Shown here piece by piece: positions 1 to 12,213 of a DNA stretch of 64,000 bases. A model generated the notes under the pieces. The model worked only from the letters and a program-made list of their open reading frames with translations. It had not been told where the DNA came from and did no database searches. The stretch's first letter is position 1; every line of letters begins with the position of its first letter. The position numbers and the translations under genes were made by a program. The stretch comes from Sphingobium sp. Lineage in GTDB: Bacteria > Pseudomonadota > Alphaproteobacteria > Sphingomonadales > Sphingomonadaceae. The stretch lies in assembly GCA_035654015.1 (NCBI GenBank), contig DASRXX010000001.1, positions 3,355 to 67,354 on the forward strand. The letters are read 5' to 3'.

Positions 1-1
1 G

Positions 2-712
2 GCCCTGCGCCGGGAGGAAGCGCGGCGCGACATCCAGTTCTCGCTGCTGGCCGAACGCGAGCAGGGCATGGCGCTGACCATGGTGCTGCTGATGGCGGCG
101 CTGGCGGCGAGCGGCCTGGCCATTCACGCCCATCACACGGGGCTGAGGCACAATGCCGAAGTGGGCTTCGGCCTTGCGGTGCTGGCGCTGATCGGCGCCA
201 TGGCCGCCTGGGTCGCCCGGCCCGGCTTCGAGCAGCTGGAGGATCGGCTGGAGGATCGCTTGCGCCAGGAAATGACGGCGGAAGACACCGGCAAGATTCC
301 GCCACCGGCCGGCGCCCTGAGCTGCACGCTCGATCCCCAGCGTAGCCGGGCGGTGCGCGAGGTGGCCGAAAACGTGCCGTTCGAATGGTCGAACGACGGC
401 TGCGTCAATGCCCGCACCCAGTATGGGCAGTCCGGCGGCACCTGGTCGCGCATCTTCGTGCCGGAAACCGAAGAAGCCGTCTCGGTCAATCGCTTCGATC
501 CAGCCCAGCGCGAATATCGGGTCGAACGCTATCTGCTCGATCGTGCGGCGATGCAGCGCGTCCGCGCCGCGCGCGCCGAGTTCGAGGCGCCCGCCTGCGG
601 CGCCGATCCGCAAGCGGTGCGTAACTTCGGCGCGCGCCAGGCAACGATTCTGGCGCTGCTGCCCGATCGGCCGAACGAACGGCTGGTCTACACCTGCTCG
701 GGCGCTTCGTAG
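2..712 (+). CDS. 3' part of a membrane-anchored protein truncated by the window edge; possibly the C-terminal region of a sphingomonad trypsin-like serine protease
   Basis: Frame is open from base 2 ([13 protein letters not shown]...) to TAG 710-712. Two hydrophobic segments are followed by a Cys-containing domain (CTLDPQRSR...[11 protein letters not shown]). Product is recalled from similar C-termini; no catalytic motif is visible in the window. Confidence 0.5.
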   Translation, partial: ALRREEARRDIQFSLLAEREQGMALTMVLLMAALAASGLAIHAHHTGLRHNAEVGFGLAVLALIGAMAAWVARPGFEQLEDRLEDRLRQEMTAEDTGKIPPPAGALSCTLDPQRSRAVREVAENVPFEWSNDGCVNARTQYGQSGGTWSRIFVPETEEAVSVNRFDPAQREYRVERYLLDRAAMQRVRAARAEFEAPACGADPQAVRNFGARQATILALLPDRPNERLVYTCSGAS

Positions 713-884
713 CGCGGCCGCGGCCGGCCAATTCCGGCCGGCGATCGTTGCGCCGGTGGCGGCCGGGTTGCATAGCCGCGTCCCCGATGCTAGGCGCGCG
801 CCAGCTTTGCCGGGGTGCCCTTCGCGGCGCCCCTTTTTGGCAGGCGGCAAATTCCGTTCATCGGACCCAAGAGGACTTTCGCGC

Positions 885-2994
<2,110 letters not shown>

Positions 2995-3004
2995 GCACAC
3001 ACCG

Positions 3005-3631
3005 ATGCTGACCCTCCATGCCCTTCTTGCCTGGACCGTGATGGCGATCGGTCTGGTGCTGTTGCCGGGACCGGACACCATGCTGGTGGCCGGTCACGCG
3101 GCGCGGCGCGGCCTCAAGGCCGGCATGGCGGCGATCGGCGGGATCCAGCTCGGTGGGTTGTTCTACATGGCGTTGTGCGGCTTTGGCTTCCTCTCGGTGC
3201 TGAACGCAGTGCCCGGCCTGTTCATGGCGGTGAAGATTGCCGGTGCGATCTACCTCGCCTGGCTCGGCATCGGCATGGTGCGCGGCGCGCTGCGTCCCGC
3301 GCAGGCCGAGGCGGCGCCCCGGCTGCGGTTGGGTGGCTCGCCCTTCTCGCAGGGTTTCATCAGCACCGTGCTCAACCCCAAGGTGGCGATTTTCTTCCTG
3401 GCCGCGTTGCCGCAGTTCGTCGGCACCGGGCCGGAGGCGCCTTGGCAGGGCATGGCGCTGATCGCCATCGTCTATGCACTAGGCTTCGTCTGGTGCGCGG
3501 CGCTGGCGCTGTTTGCGGCGCATGCGGGCCGCAAGGTAGGGCAAAGTCGCGCGATGCGCTGGTTCGAGGGCGTGCTCGGCACGGCTTTCATTGGTTTTGC
3601 GGGCCGCCTGGCCCTGGCTCGGAACGCATAA
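3005..3631 (+). CDS. LysE/RhtB family translocator (inside the atp operon)
   Basis: 208 aa hydrophobic protein; LLPGPDTMLV, GAIYLAWLGI and GFISTVLNPKVAIFFLAALPQF are LysE/RhtB signature segments. Confidence 0.92.
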   Translation: MLTLHALLAWTVMAIGLVLLPGPDTMLVAGHAARRGLKAGMAAIGGIQLGGLFYMALCGFGFLSVLNAVPGLFMAVKIAGAIYLAWLGIGMVRGALRPAQAEAAPRLRLGGSPFSQGFISTVLNPKVAIFFLAALPQFVGTGPEAPWQGMALIAIVYALGFVWCAALALFAAHAGRKVGQSRAMRWFEGVLGTAFIGFAGRLALARNA

Positions 3632-3634
3632 GAC

Positions 3635-4507
3635 ATGGCAAGTTTGAAAGAACTCAAGGGCCGGATCGCCTCGGTCAAGTCGACCCAGAAGATCACCAAG
3701 GCCAAGCAGATGGTCGCGGCGGCCAAGCTGCGCAAGGCGCAGAGCGCTGCAGAAGCCGCACGGCCCTATGCCGAGCGTCTCGAAGGCGTCGTCGCCAGCC
3801 TCGCCGGCAAGGTGACCGGCGACAGCGCGCCGCGTCTGCTCGCCGGCACCGGCAAGGACGACGTGCATCTGCTGGTCGTCGCCAATGGCGACAAGGGCCT
3901 CTCCGGCGCGTTTAATGCCAATATCGTCAAGGCGGCCGTCGCCAAGGCGCGCGAGTTGATCGCGCAGGGCAAGACCGTGAAGTTCTATCTCGTCGGCCGC
4001 AAGGGGCGCGCGGTCATCGCACGCACCTTCCCCCGCATGATCGTCGGCCAGTTTGACACGACCGACGTGCGCACCCCTGGTTTCACCGAGGCGCAGGCGA
4101 TTGCGCAGGACATCTCCAACCGCTTCTTCGCGGGTGAATTCGATGTCGCGCATCTCTTCTACTCGGCGTTCAAGTCTGCGCTGGCGCAGGAGCCGACCGA
4201 GCAGCAGATCATTCCCGTAGCGATCCCGGCCGATGCGCCCGCATCAAACGGTGCGGCGGTGGAATATGAGCCGGACGAGGAAGCGATCCTTGCCGACCTG
4301 CTGCCGCGCAACATCACCATCCAGCTCTTCAAGGCGCTGCTGGAGAATCAGGCGAGCGAGCAGGGCGCCTCGATGACGGCGATGGACAATGCGACGCGCA
4401 ACGCAGGCGACCTCATCAATCGCCTGACGATTGAATATAACCGCAGCCGTCAGGCCGCGATCACCACCGAGCTGGTGGAAATCATCTCGGGCGCCGAAGC
4501 GCTCTAA
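3635..4507 (+). CDS. atpG: F0F1 ATP synthase subunit gamma
   Basis: [32 protein letters not shown]...[19 protein letters not shown]. Confidence 0.99.
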   Translation: MASLKELKGRIASVKSTQKITKAKQMVAAAKLRKAQSAAEAARPYAERLEGVVASLAGKVTGDSAPRLLAGTGKDDVHLLVVANGDKGLSGAFNANIVKAAVAKARELIAQGKTVKFYLVGRKGRAVIARTFPRMIVGQFDTTDVRTPGFTEAQAIAQDISNRFFAGEFDVAHLFYSAFKSALAQEPTEQQIIPVAIPADAPASNGAAVEYEPDEEAILADLLPRNITIQLFKALLENQASEQGASMTAMDNATRNAGDLINRLTIEYNRSRQAAITTELVEIISGAEAL

Positions 4508-5980
<1,473 letters not shown>

Positions 5981-6006
5981 GCCCTGACGTTCCAGTGAAT
6001 TGAGAT

Positions 6007-6030
6007 CCCTCCCCGCCGGTGCGGGGAGGG
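6007..6030. repeat. Perfect 10-bp-stem palindrome (REP-like) between atpD and atpC
   Basis: CCCTCCCCGC-cggt-GCGGGGAGGG read directly from the sequence. Confidence 0.75.
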
Positions 6031-6054
6031 CCTGACAGAAGGTTGGCGGACTTC

Positions 6055-6309
6055 ATGACCCTGCATTTCGAACTGGTCACACCCGAGCGTCTTGTCCTTT
6101 CGGAAGACGTTTACATGGTCGTCGTGCCCGGCACCGAAGGCGAGTTCGGCGTGCTGGAAGGCCACGCCCCCTTCATGTCCACCGTCAAGGACGGCACACT
6201 CAAGGTCTACGACCGCGACGGTGCCGAACCGCGCACCATCCACGTCGAAGGCGGTTTCGCTGAAGTGAGCGAGAGCGGCCTCACGGTGCTCGCCGAGCGG
6301 GCTGGGTAA
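6055..6309 (+). CDS. atpC: F0F1 ATP synthase subunit epsilon (short form, N-terminal beta-sandwich only)
   Basis: ATG 6055; LHFELVTPE...[15 protein letters not shown]...VEGGFAEV...LTVLAE; 84 aa. Confidence 0.96.
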   Translation: MTLHFELVTPERLVLSEDVYMVVVPGTEGEFGVLEGHAPFMSTVKDGTLKVYDRDGAEPRTIHVEGGFAEVSESGLTVLAERAG

Positions 6310-6408
6310 AGAACCCCTTGCCGCATGTAATCTCTCTACGGAGAAGATGACAGCGGAACGTGACCTGAGCAGACGAGAACATCTTTCTGGGACGACGCGG
6401 CAGCGTTT

Positions 6409-7944
6409 TCAGGTATGGCAATCGGCGGACGTGCCGCGCTCAAACATGATCAATGTCTGATCTTCCATAACGATGCCTCGCCAGGTCATACTGGCAGGGA
6501 AGCGCTGGTAGATGCGATAGCCTGCGCGACAAGCTTGGGGGATGAGATCGTACGGCCGACCGCCCAGATCGATTGATGAGGCGAGAATAAGGTCAGGCCG
6601 CGTCGCCAGAAGCTGTTGCCACAAGGATGCATTGACACGTGGCGACCAGCGCTCCTCCCGCAACCAACTGATGTAGGCTGGCTTGGGGGCGGCATGATGA
6701 TAGTTGTCGAATAGGTTATTCTGCAACCATGGCTGCACTTCAAATGCCTTGAAACCGAATGCCGCTATACGGGCCTGCGGATATCGTTCGCGATAGGTTT
6801 CAAGCACCTGAGAAACCGCTTCGCCCGGTGAATAGACATTGCTTTTATCCCAAAGACCGGCCCGCACGGTCTGACCAGTCTGCAAGAGGCAAATGATCGC
6901 GACTGCTGCCATCACACGCCTCCTTAAGCTGGGAGAAACAGGATTGTCCCATTCTACCCAGATGACGAAAAGCCAGAACAGAAACAGGAGGCCGGCATGC
7001 CAGGGGCTGGAATAGACGATAACGGAGAAGGCCAGCAGCAGCCCGAAAAGAGTGAGTGCCATGAGCCGGTTAGTCCCGGACATTATCAGGGCGACAACGG
7101 GGATTTGAAGGAACAATGACAACAGGAAGCCGAGGGAAATATCCCCGACGCTCGGAGGTGTGCCGCTCCATAGAGAAACACGATCGATAAAGGCATTGCA
7201 GAGATACAGGACGAACGACGCAATGGGGCCGCTCCGCAAGTCGCTTTGGAGATAGCCGTTATCGGCCGGCTGCCAGGCGCTCCATAGCGCAAAGAGGCCG
7301 AGGCCACCGGCCAGCAACAACGCCGAGAACGAACCGCGCTGAAGCCATTGCTTCTGGCGCCAGAGCTGGCATGCAAATTCCAGCCCCAGTACTGCTGCTG
7401 CGAGGAAGCCATGGGCATTGGTATTGGCAATCAAGCCTATGACCAGCGCATAGCGGAGCGGTCGCCCGGTCCGGGTAGAAAAGAAGGCTGCGGCGAGCGG
7501 TACCAACAGTAAGTCGACGCTATAGGACCGGGCGACGACGCTGAACTGATAGCCAAAAAAGTAAGACGCCAGAATGGCCAGTCGAAGGACGGCTGGGAAA
7601 GGTGCTCGCCACAAGATCACGGTGGCACCCGCAAGAGAAAAACCTGCTGATATCAGGAACAAGTGTGAAAAGGGCAGGCCGACTCTTATGGCCACCCACA
7701 GAATAAGATGCCAGAGACCCGGCGTTCCCTCGTAGCGCACCCGCTCCGCCAGCAGCGTCCACAAATCGTTATCACGGGCCAGAAGCCAGGCCTGGGCTTC
7801 GTCCAACCATGGCTCGTGATGGCTGCCAATCAGGAGCAGCCAGCTTCCGAAAGCGACCAGCGCCACCCATCGCCAATGAGCGACCAGTCGGATCGTTGCC
7901 AAGTGACTCTCCGCCAAGCGCCTTGGAAACGTCGCCGCTGTCAC
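6409..7944 (-). CDS. Polytopic membrane protein, putative GT-C-type (lipid-linked sugar donor) glycosyltransferase
   Basis: GTG 7944 overlaps the epimerase stop (GTGA). First TM is followed by HEPWLDEAQAWLLARD (acidic DE loop motif) and RYEGTPGLWH; about 10 hydrophobic segments and a soluble C-terminal domain. GT-C assignment is inferred from topology and motif. Confidence 0.7.
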   Translation of the reverse strand: MTAATFPRRLAESHLATIRLVAHWRWVALVAFGSWLLLIGSHHEPWLDEAQAWLLARDNDLWTLLAERVRYEGTPGLWHLILWVAIRVGLPFSHLFLISAGFSLAGATVILWRAPFPAVLRLAILASYFFGYQFSVVARSYSVDLLLVPLAAAFFSTRTGRPLRYALVIGLIANTNAHGFLAAAVLGLEFACQLWRQKQWLQRGSFSALLLAGGLGLFALWSAWQPADNGYLQSDLRSGPIASFVLYLCNAFIDRVSLWSGTPPSVGDISLGFLLSLFLQIPVVALIMSGTNRLMALTLFGLLLAFSVIVYSSPWHAGLLFLFWLFVIWVEWDNPVSPSLRRRVMAAVAIICLLQTGQTVRAGLWDKSNVYSPGEAVSQVLETYRERYPQARIAAFGFKAFEVQPWLQNNLFDNYHHAAPKPAYISWLREERWSPRVNASLWQQLLATRPDLILASSIDLGGRPYDLIPQACRAGYRIYQRFPASMTWRGIVMEDQTLIMFERGTSADCHT

Positions 7945-8978
7945 GATACCCACTTCAGGATACGGATTATCCCCATCCGAGCGGCTTGTCGGTGGGCAGA
8001 TACATCGGCTCGTGCGGCAATCTCCGAACGATTGGCAGAATAAAACCGATAAGCACGCCAGAGCATGTCGCCATTGCTGAGGGTCGGTTGCCAATGGAGC
8101 GCAGCCTTTATGGCACTTGTGTCGAACACGAAGGAGGAGGCTATCATCCGATAGTGATATGGACCGAGGGGCGAAATCCGCAGATGATGCGCCAGCTTCA
8201 TCGCCGTTACCATGGGCAGACGTGGCAACGGGACTGTGCGCGAGCGGCTCCCTGCCATGGCGATCACATGATCGAAGGTTTCGCGCATCGTGCTGACATC
8301 ATCCGAGCCAATGCCGAAAACACCGGAAACCTCGCGCGTCGCTGCCCTTATCATCGCGTCCATCAAGTCGGCCGCGTAGATGAATTGATAGCGGTTATCG
8401 CCTTTGCCGACCATCCATACTCTTTTGTTGTCTGCGATGAATTCGAACAGAATCGCCAGGAGGCCGAGACGTCCTTCGTCTATGATTGTCGGGCAGCGGA
8501 TACTGGTGACCGCGATACGATCGGCGTAACTCGCCAGAATCCGTTCACCTTCCCATTTGCTCTGCCCATAGAGTTCGCAGGGAGCAGGTTCGTCGTCTTC
8601 TGTCACCGGACGATCGAAACCTGATCCCCACAAGCAGTTGCTCGACAAATAGACAAGGCTCTTTACGCCCGCACGGGAAGCAGCTTCTGCCAGAGTTCTG
8701 GTGCCCTCGACATTGGAGGACCACAATTCCCGCTCATCTACCGAACCGTGTGCCAGCAGCGCCGCACAGTGAAACACCGCTTCGGGGCGGGTCTGGTCGA
8801 AAAGCGCATCAAGCGCCGCTGCGCCACGAATGTCTCCAACCACGGCAGTGAGACGTGGATGTGTCAGAGCCGAAGGCAACAGATCAATGCTGGCAACCTC
8901 ATGACCGTCTTTCAGCAAATGATCTACCAGGAGCGTACCGAAGAAACCGGAGCCGCCCGTAACCAGATAGCGTGCCAA
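7941..8978 (-). CDS. NAD-dependent epimerase/dehydratase (extended SDR)
   Basis: Probable TTG start 8978; YLVTGGSGFFG nucleotide-binding motif, FHCAA, SS, YGQSK (YxxxK). Confidence 0.92.
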   Translation of the reverse strand: MARYLVTGGSGFFGTLLVDHLLKDGHEVASIDLLPSALTHPRLTAVVGDIRGAAALDALFDQTRPEAVFHCAALLAHGSVDERELWSSNVEGTRTLAEAASRAGVKSLVYLSSNCLWGSGFDRPVTEDDEPAPCELYGQSKWEGERILASYADRIAVTSIRCPTIIDEGRLGLLAILFEFIADNKRVWMVGKGDNRYQFIYAADLMDAMIRAATREVSGVFGIGSDDVSTMRETFDHVIAMAGSRSRTVPLPRLPMVTAMKLAHHLRISPLGPYHYRMIASSFVFDTSAIKAALHWQPTLSNGDMLWRAYRFYSANRSEIAARADVSAHRQAARMGIIRILKWVS

Positions 8979-9115
8979 AATTACCCCCAATACGAAAGTC
9001 ACACATGCAGATGATAATCACCCGAAGAAACGTTCTTGATCCATCACGCAGCGCTCTTGAAAGTCCGCCTCGCTGCTACAACGATTCCTGTCAGCCTGAA
9101 CATGAAGGAAATCAC

Positions 9116-9136
9116 CTAACCGTCTATTAAGATTAA
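9116..9136. promoter_or_regulatory. Candidate CtrA-binding site upstream of cpaF
   Basis: CTAA-CCGTCTA-TTAA (9116-9130) is one mismatch from TTAA-N7-TTAA; an extra TTAA follows at 9133-9136. Confidence 0.55.
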
Positions 9137-9250
9137 AGCGATGAAGCATTGCTGTGACTGGAATACGCTTGGTTAGGCTTTTGTAGACTATTCCCCGCTA
9201 ACGCTGCTCGAATGCCATGACAGGCGATATTTGGCAGCGAAGCGGATTCT

Positions 9251-10759
9251 ATGAACGCATTTGGACGGAAGAGCGGACTGGGCGGCAAGGCTTCCTTTGG
9301 CGTGGCGCGTCCGATGCAAGCGCCCGCGGCTTCCCCGCATGCGATGCCGGCGGGCGGGACGCAGTTTCCGCCGATCGCGAGCGACCCGGTGCCGGCGGCA
9401 GAGGAAGATCTGCTTCCTACGCCGCATTCCGACGCTTTGGCCCGCCTTGCCGAGCGTATGAACGGCGAGAACGCACCTGCCGAGCAAGCGCACGGTTTCG
9501 AGGCCTCGGTCCACAAGATCAAGGAGCAGGTGCTGCCGCGCCTGCTTGAGCGGGTCGATCCGGAGGCAGCGGCGACGCTCAGCAAGGATGAGCTGGCCGA
9601 GGAATTCCGGCCGATCATCATGGAGGTTCTGGCGGACCTGAAGCTGACTCTCAACCGGCGCGAGCAATTTGCGCTGGAGAAGGTGCTGGTCGATGAACTG
9701 CTCGGCTTTGGCCCGCTGGAGGAGTTGCTGGCCGATCCGGACGTGTCCGACATCATGGTCAACGGGCCGCACCAGACCTACATCGAGAAAAAGGGCAAGC
9801 TGCAGATTGCGCCCATCCATTTCCGGGATGAAGAGCATCTGTTCCAGATCGCCCAGCGAATCGTCAACCAGGTCGGACGCCGCGTGGACCAGACCACGCC
9901 GCTGGCCGACGCCCGCCTGCCGGACGGCAGCCGCGTCAACGTCATCATTCCACCGTTGTCGCTACGCGGTACCGCCATATCTATCCGTAAATTCTCGGCC
10001 AAGCCGATTACGCTGGACATGCTCGCCCAGTGGGGAGCGATGAACCAGAAGATGTGCACTGCCCTCAAGATCGCGGGCGCCTGCAGGTTCAACATCGTCA
10101 TCTCGGGCGGCACCGGCTCGGGCAAGACGACGATGCTCAACGCCCTCTCCAAGATGATCGATCCGGGCGAACGCGTGCTGACCATCGAGGACGCGGCCGA
10201 ACTTCGCCTCCAGCAGCCGCACTGGCTGCCGCTAGAGACGCGCCCACCTAACCTGGAAGGCCAGGGTGCCATCACCATCGGCGATCTGGTCAAGAACGCG
10301 CTGCGTATGCGACCGGATCGGATTATCCTGGGCGAAATTCGTGGTGCCGAGTGCTTCGATCTACTCGCCGCCATGAACACCGGCCACGACGGCTCGATGT
10401 GTACCCTCCACTCCAACTCGCCGCGCGAGTGCCTCGGCCGTATGGAGAACATGATCTTGATGGGCGACATCAAGATCCCCAAAGAGGCCATCTCGAAGCA
10501 GATCGCCGACTCGGTGGACATGATCGTGCAGGTTAAGCGCTTGCGAGATGGTTCGCGCCGCGTCACCAACATCACCGAGGTCATCGGCATGGAAGGCGAT
10601 GTGATCGTAACCCAGGAGCTGTTCCGCTTCGAGTATCAGGACGAGGATGCCGACGGAAAAATCATCGGCGAATATCGCTCCATGGGTCTGCGGCCGTACA
10701 CGCTCGACAAGGCGCGGGGCTTTGGCTTCGATCAGGCCCTGCTAGACGCCTGTCTCTGA
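9251..10759 (+). CDS. cpaF: Tad/Cpa pilus assembly ATPase CpaF/TadA
   Basis: GFGPLEELLADPDVSDIMVNG, GGTGSGKTT, TIEDAAEL, NALRMRPDRIILGE, MNTGHDGS. Confidence 0.95.
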   Translation: MNAFGRKSGLGGKASFGVARPMQAPAASPHAMPAGGTQFPPIASDPVPAAEEDLLPTPHSDALARLAERMNGENAPAEQAHGFEASVHKIKEQVLPRLLERVDPEAAATLSKDELAEEFRPIIMEVLADLKLTLNRREQFALEKVLVDELLGFGPLEELLADPDVSDIMVNGPHQTYIEKKGKLQIAPIHFRDEEHLFQIAQRIVNQVGRRVDQTTPLADARLPDGSRVNVIIPPLSLRGTAISIRKFSAKPITLDMLAQWGAMNQKMCTALKIAGACRFNIVISGGTGSGKTTMLNALSKMIDPGERVLTIEDAAELRLQQPHWLPLETRPPNLEGQGAITIGDLVKNALRMRPDRIILGEIRGAECFDLLAAMNTGHDGSMCTLHSNSPRECLGRMENMILMGDIKIPKEAISKQIADSVDMIVQVKRLRDGSRRVTNITEVIGMEGDVIVTQELFRFEYQDEDADGKIIGEYRSMGLRPYTLDKARGFGFDQALLDACL

Positions 10760-10765
10760 GGACTG

Positions 10766-10791
10766 CGTGATCCTGCCAAAGCAGGAACCCA
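10766..10791. repeat. Degenerate REP-like palindrome downstream of cpaF
   Basis: CGTGATCCTGC-CAAA-GCAGGAACCCA; 6-bp stem TCCTGC/GCAGGA; resembles the alphaproteobacterial CGTCATyCCCGCGAAAGCGGGAAyCCA repeat type. Confidence 0.45.
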
Positions 10792-10887
10792 ACGCAATCA
10801 GGCATGGCGTGTTCTCTCAGGAGGACACGGAGCTCGAGAAACGACGACGGCGTGCTCTCCAACCGGCCCCCTGGGCCGGACGATGTT

Positions 10888-11895
10888 CTACCAGTGCGAC
10901 CCCTCCCGCACGGCCTCCTCTTCCTCGGGTAAGGTTTCCCGTCCAAGCACGGCATTGCGGTGCGGGAAGCGGCCGAAGCGCGCGACGATGGCGTGGTGTG
11001 CCTCGGCAAAGGGCAGATTGAACTCGAATCCTGGCTGGCTGAACAGCGCGAGCGAGCGCTCCTGGTCTGCCAGTTCCTCGCTGTGCATGAACGGCAGATA
11101 GAAGAAGGAACGCGCGCTGTTGACGAAGGCATCGTCATAGCTCCGGTCGAGCGCCGCCCGTGCTATGTCGCGGGCTAACCTGTCTGTCGCGAACGCATTG
11201 GGCTGGCCGCGGAACATGTTGCGCGGAAACTGGTCGAACAGCACGATGGCCGCCAGCGCCATGTCGGCATCGTCGAGAAAGCTTTCGGCTGGTTCATCGC
11301 GCAGCGCTTCCCAGAGCGAGCGGAACAGATGGGCGCAGCGCGCATCCTCCTCGTCGTTGGAGGCGAACCAACCATCCGGGCCGACCTCGTTCAGCCAGTA
11401 GTTGAGGACAGCGCCAACCCAGCCGTGCCCGACCTTATCCCGTGCCTCGCTCTGGACTTGCGCGCTGCGGGGCGCCGGCGCATCCCACGTTAGCACGGGC
11501 AGGCCTGTTCCAACGCCGTCGACGACCTGCTCGACCGAAACGACGATAATATGTCGAGCGTCGGCCGTCGCCGCAAAGGGAGCAGCCGCGATGTCCCACT
11601 CGTCATCGTCGGACACGATTGATTTGCCGCGTCCCTGCACGCGCACCGTGCGCTGCGATCCATCGAGTCCGCACACCATGAGGGCGACCTGAGGATGGGC
11701 GTCGGGAGAGGGCAACGGGCTTTGGTCACTGTCCAGCCAGGCGACGAGGTCTGGGGCAATGATGCGTAGCCGCTCCGTTCCGCCGGCGTCGAGCCGGAGG
11801 GCCCCATCGCGCGCTGTGGCGGCAAACATGGCGAGGGGCTGGCTTTCGATGAAAGCGCGCTGGTCATCGGTGATTGCGGTGGAGGTCTTGGTCAT
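10888..11895 (-). CDS. Fusion: degenerate pyridoxamine 5'-phosphate oxidase-like domain + DUF924 domain
   Basis: N-terminal ~140 aa (ITDDQRAFIESQP..FAATA...RTVRVQGRG) resembles PNPOx-like split-barrel proteins. C-terminal part has DUF924 motifs LFDQFPRNMFRG, FFYLPFMHSE, RFGRFPHRNAVLGR. Confidence 0.82.
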   Translation of the reverse strand: MTKTSTAITDDQRAFIESQPLAMFAATARDGALRLDAGGTERLRIIAPDLVAWLDSDQSPLPSPDAHPQVALMVCGLDGSQRTVRVQGRGKSIVSDDDEWDIAAAPFAATADARHIIVVSVEQVVDGVGTGLPVLTWDAPAPRSAQVQSEARDKVGHGWVGAVLNYWLNEVGPDGWFASNDEEDARCAHLFRSLWEALRDEPAESFLDDADMALAAIVLFDQFPRNMFRGQPNAFATDRLARDIARAALDRSYDDAFVNSARSFFYLPFMHSEELADQERSLALFSQPGFEFNLPFAEAHHAIVARFGRFPHRNAVLGRETLPEEEEAVREGSHW

Positions 11896-11973
11896 GCCCC
11901 GTGGCTATCAGGCTGGGCGCGGGTCGCCAAGCCATCGTCGGAGCGGGATGGGGAACCATGGGCGCAGCCCGGG

Positions 11974-12213
11974 TCAGTCCCCCTCCATCCAGGCGTCGCC
12001 GATGTCCACGTCGCCCGTGAGCAGTGCCTCCGCCGCCGCGAGATCCTCGGCCAGCACCATCACGCGAATCGGCAGCATCAAGGGAATGCCCTCCGCCAGA
12101 TTCATGCCGGTATCGAAGCAGAAGGCCGGGATGCCGGCTGCCTCCAGCCGGCCACGCACGATCTGGGCGAGCATCGAATCGGTGAACCGATCGAGCTCGA
12201 CCAGCCCGCTCAT
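11974..12213 (-). CDS. DUF2007 / putative signal-transducing small protein
   Basis: ATG overlaps the tldD stop (TGATG); LAQIVRGRLEAAGIPAF...IRVMVLAEDLAAAEALL pattern; 79 aa. Confidence 0.78.
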   Translation of the reverse strand: MSGLVELDRFTDSMLAQIVRGRLEAAGIPAFCFDTGMNLAEGIPLMLPIRVMVLAEDLAAAEALLTGDVDIGDAWMEGD

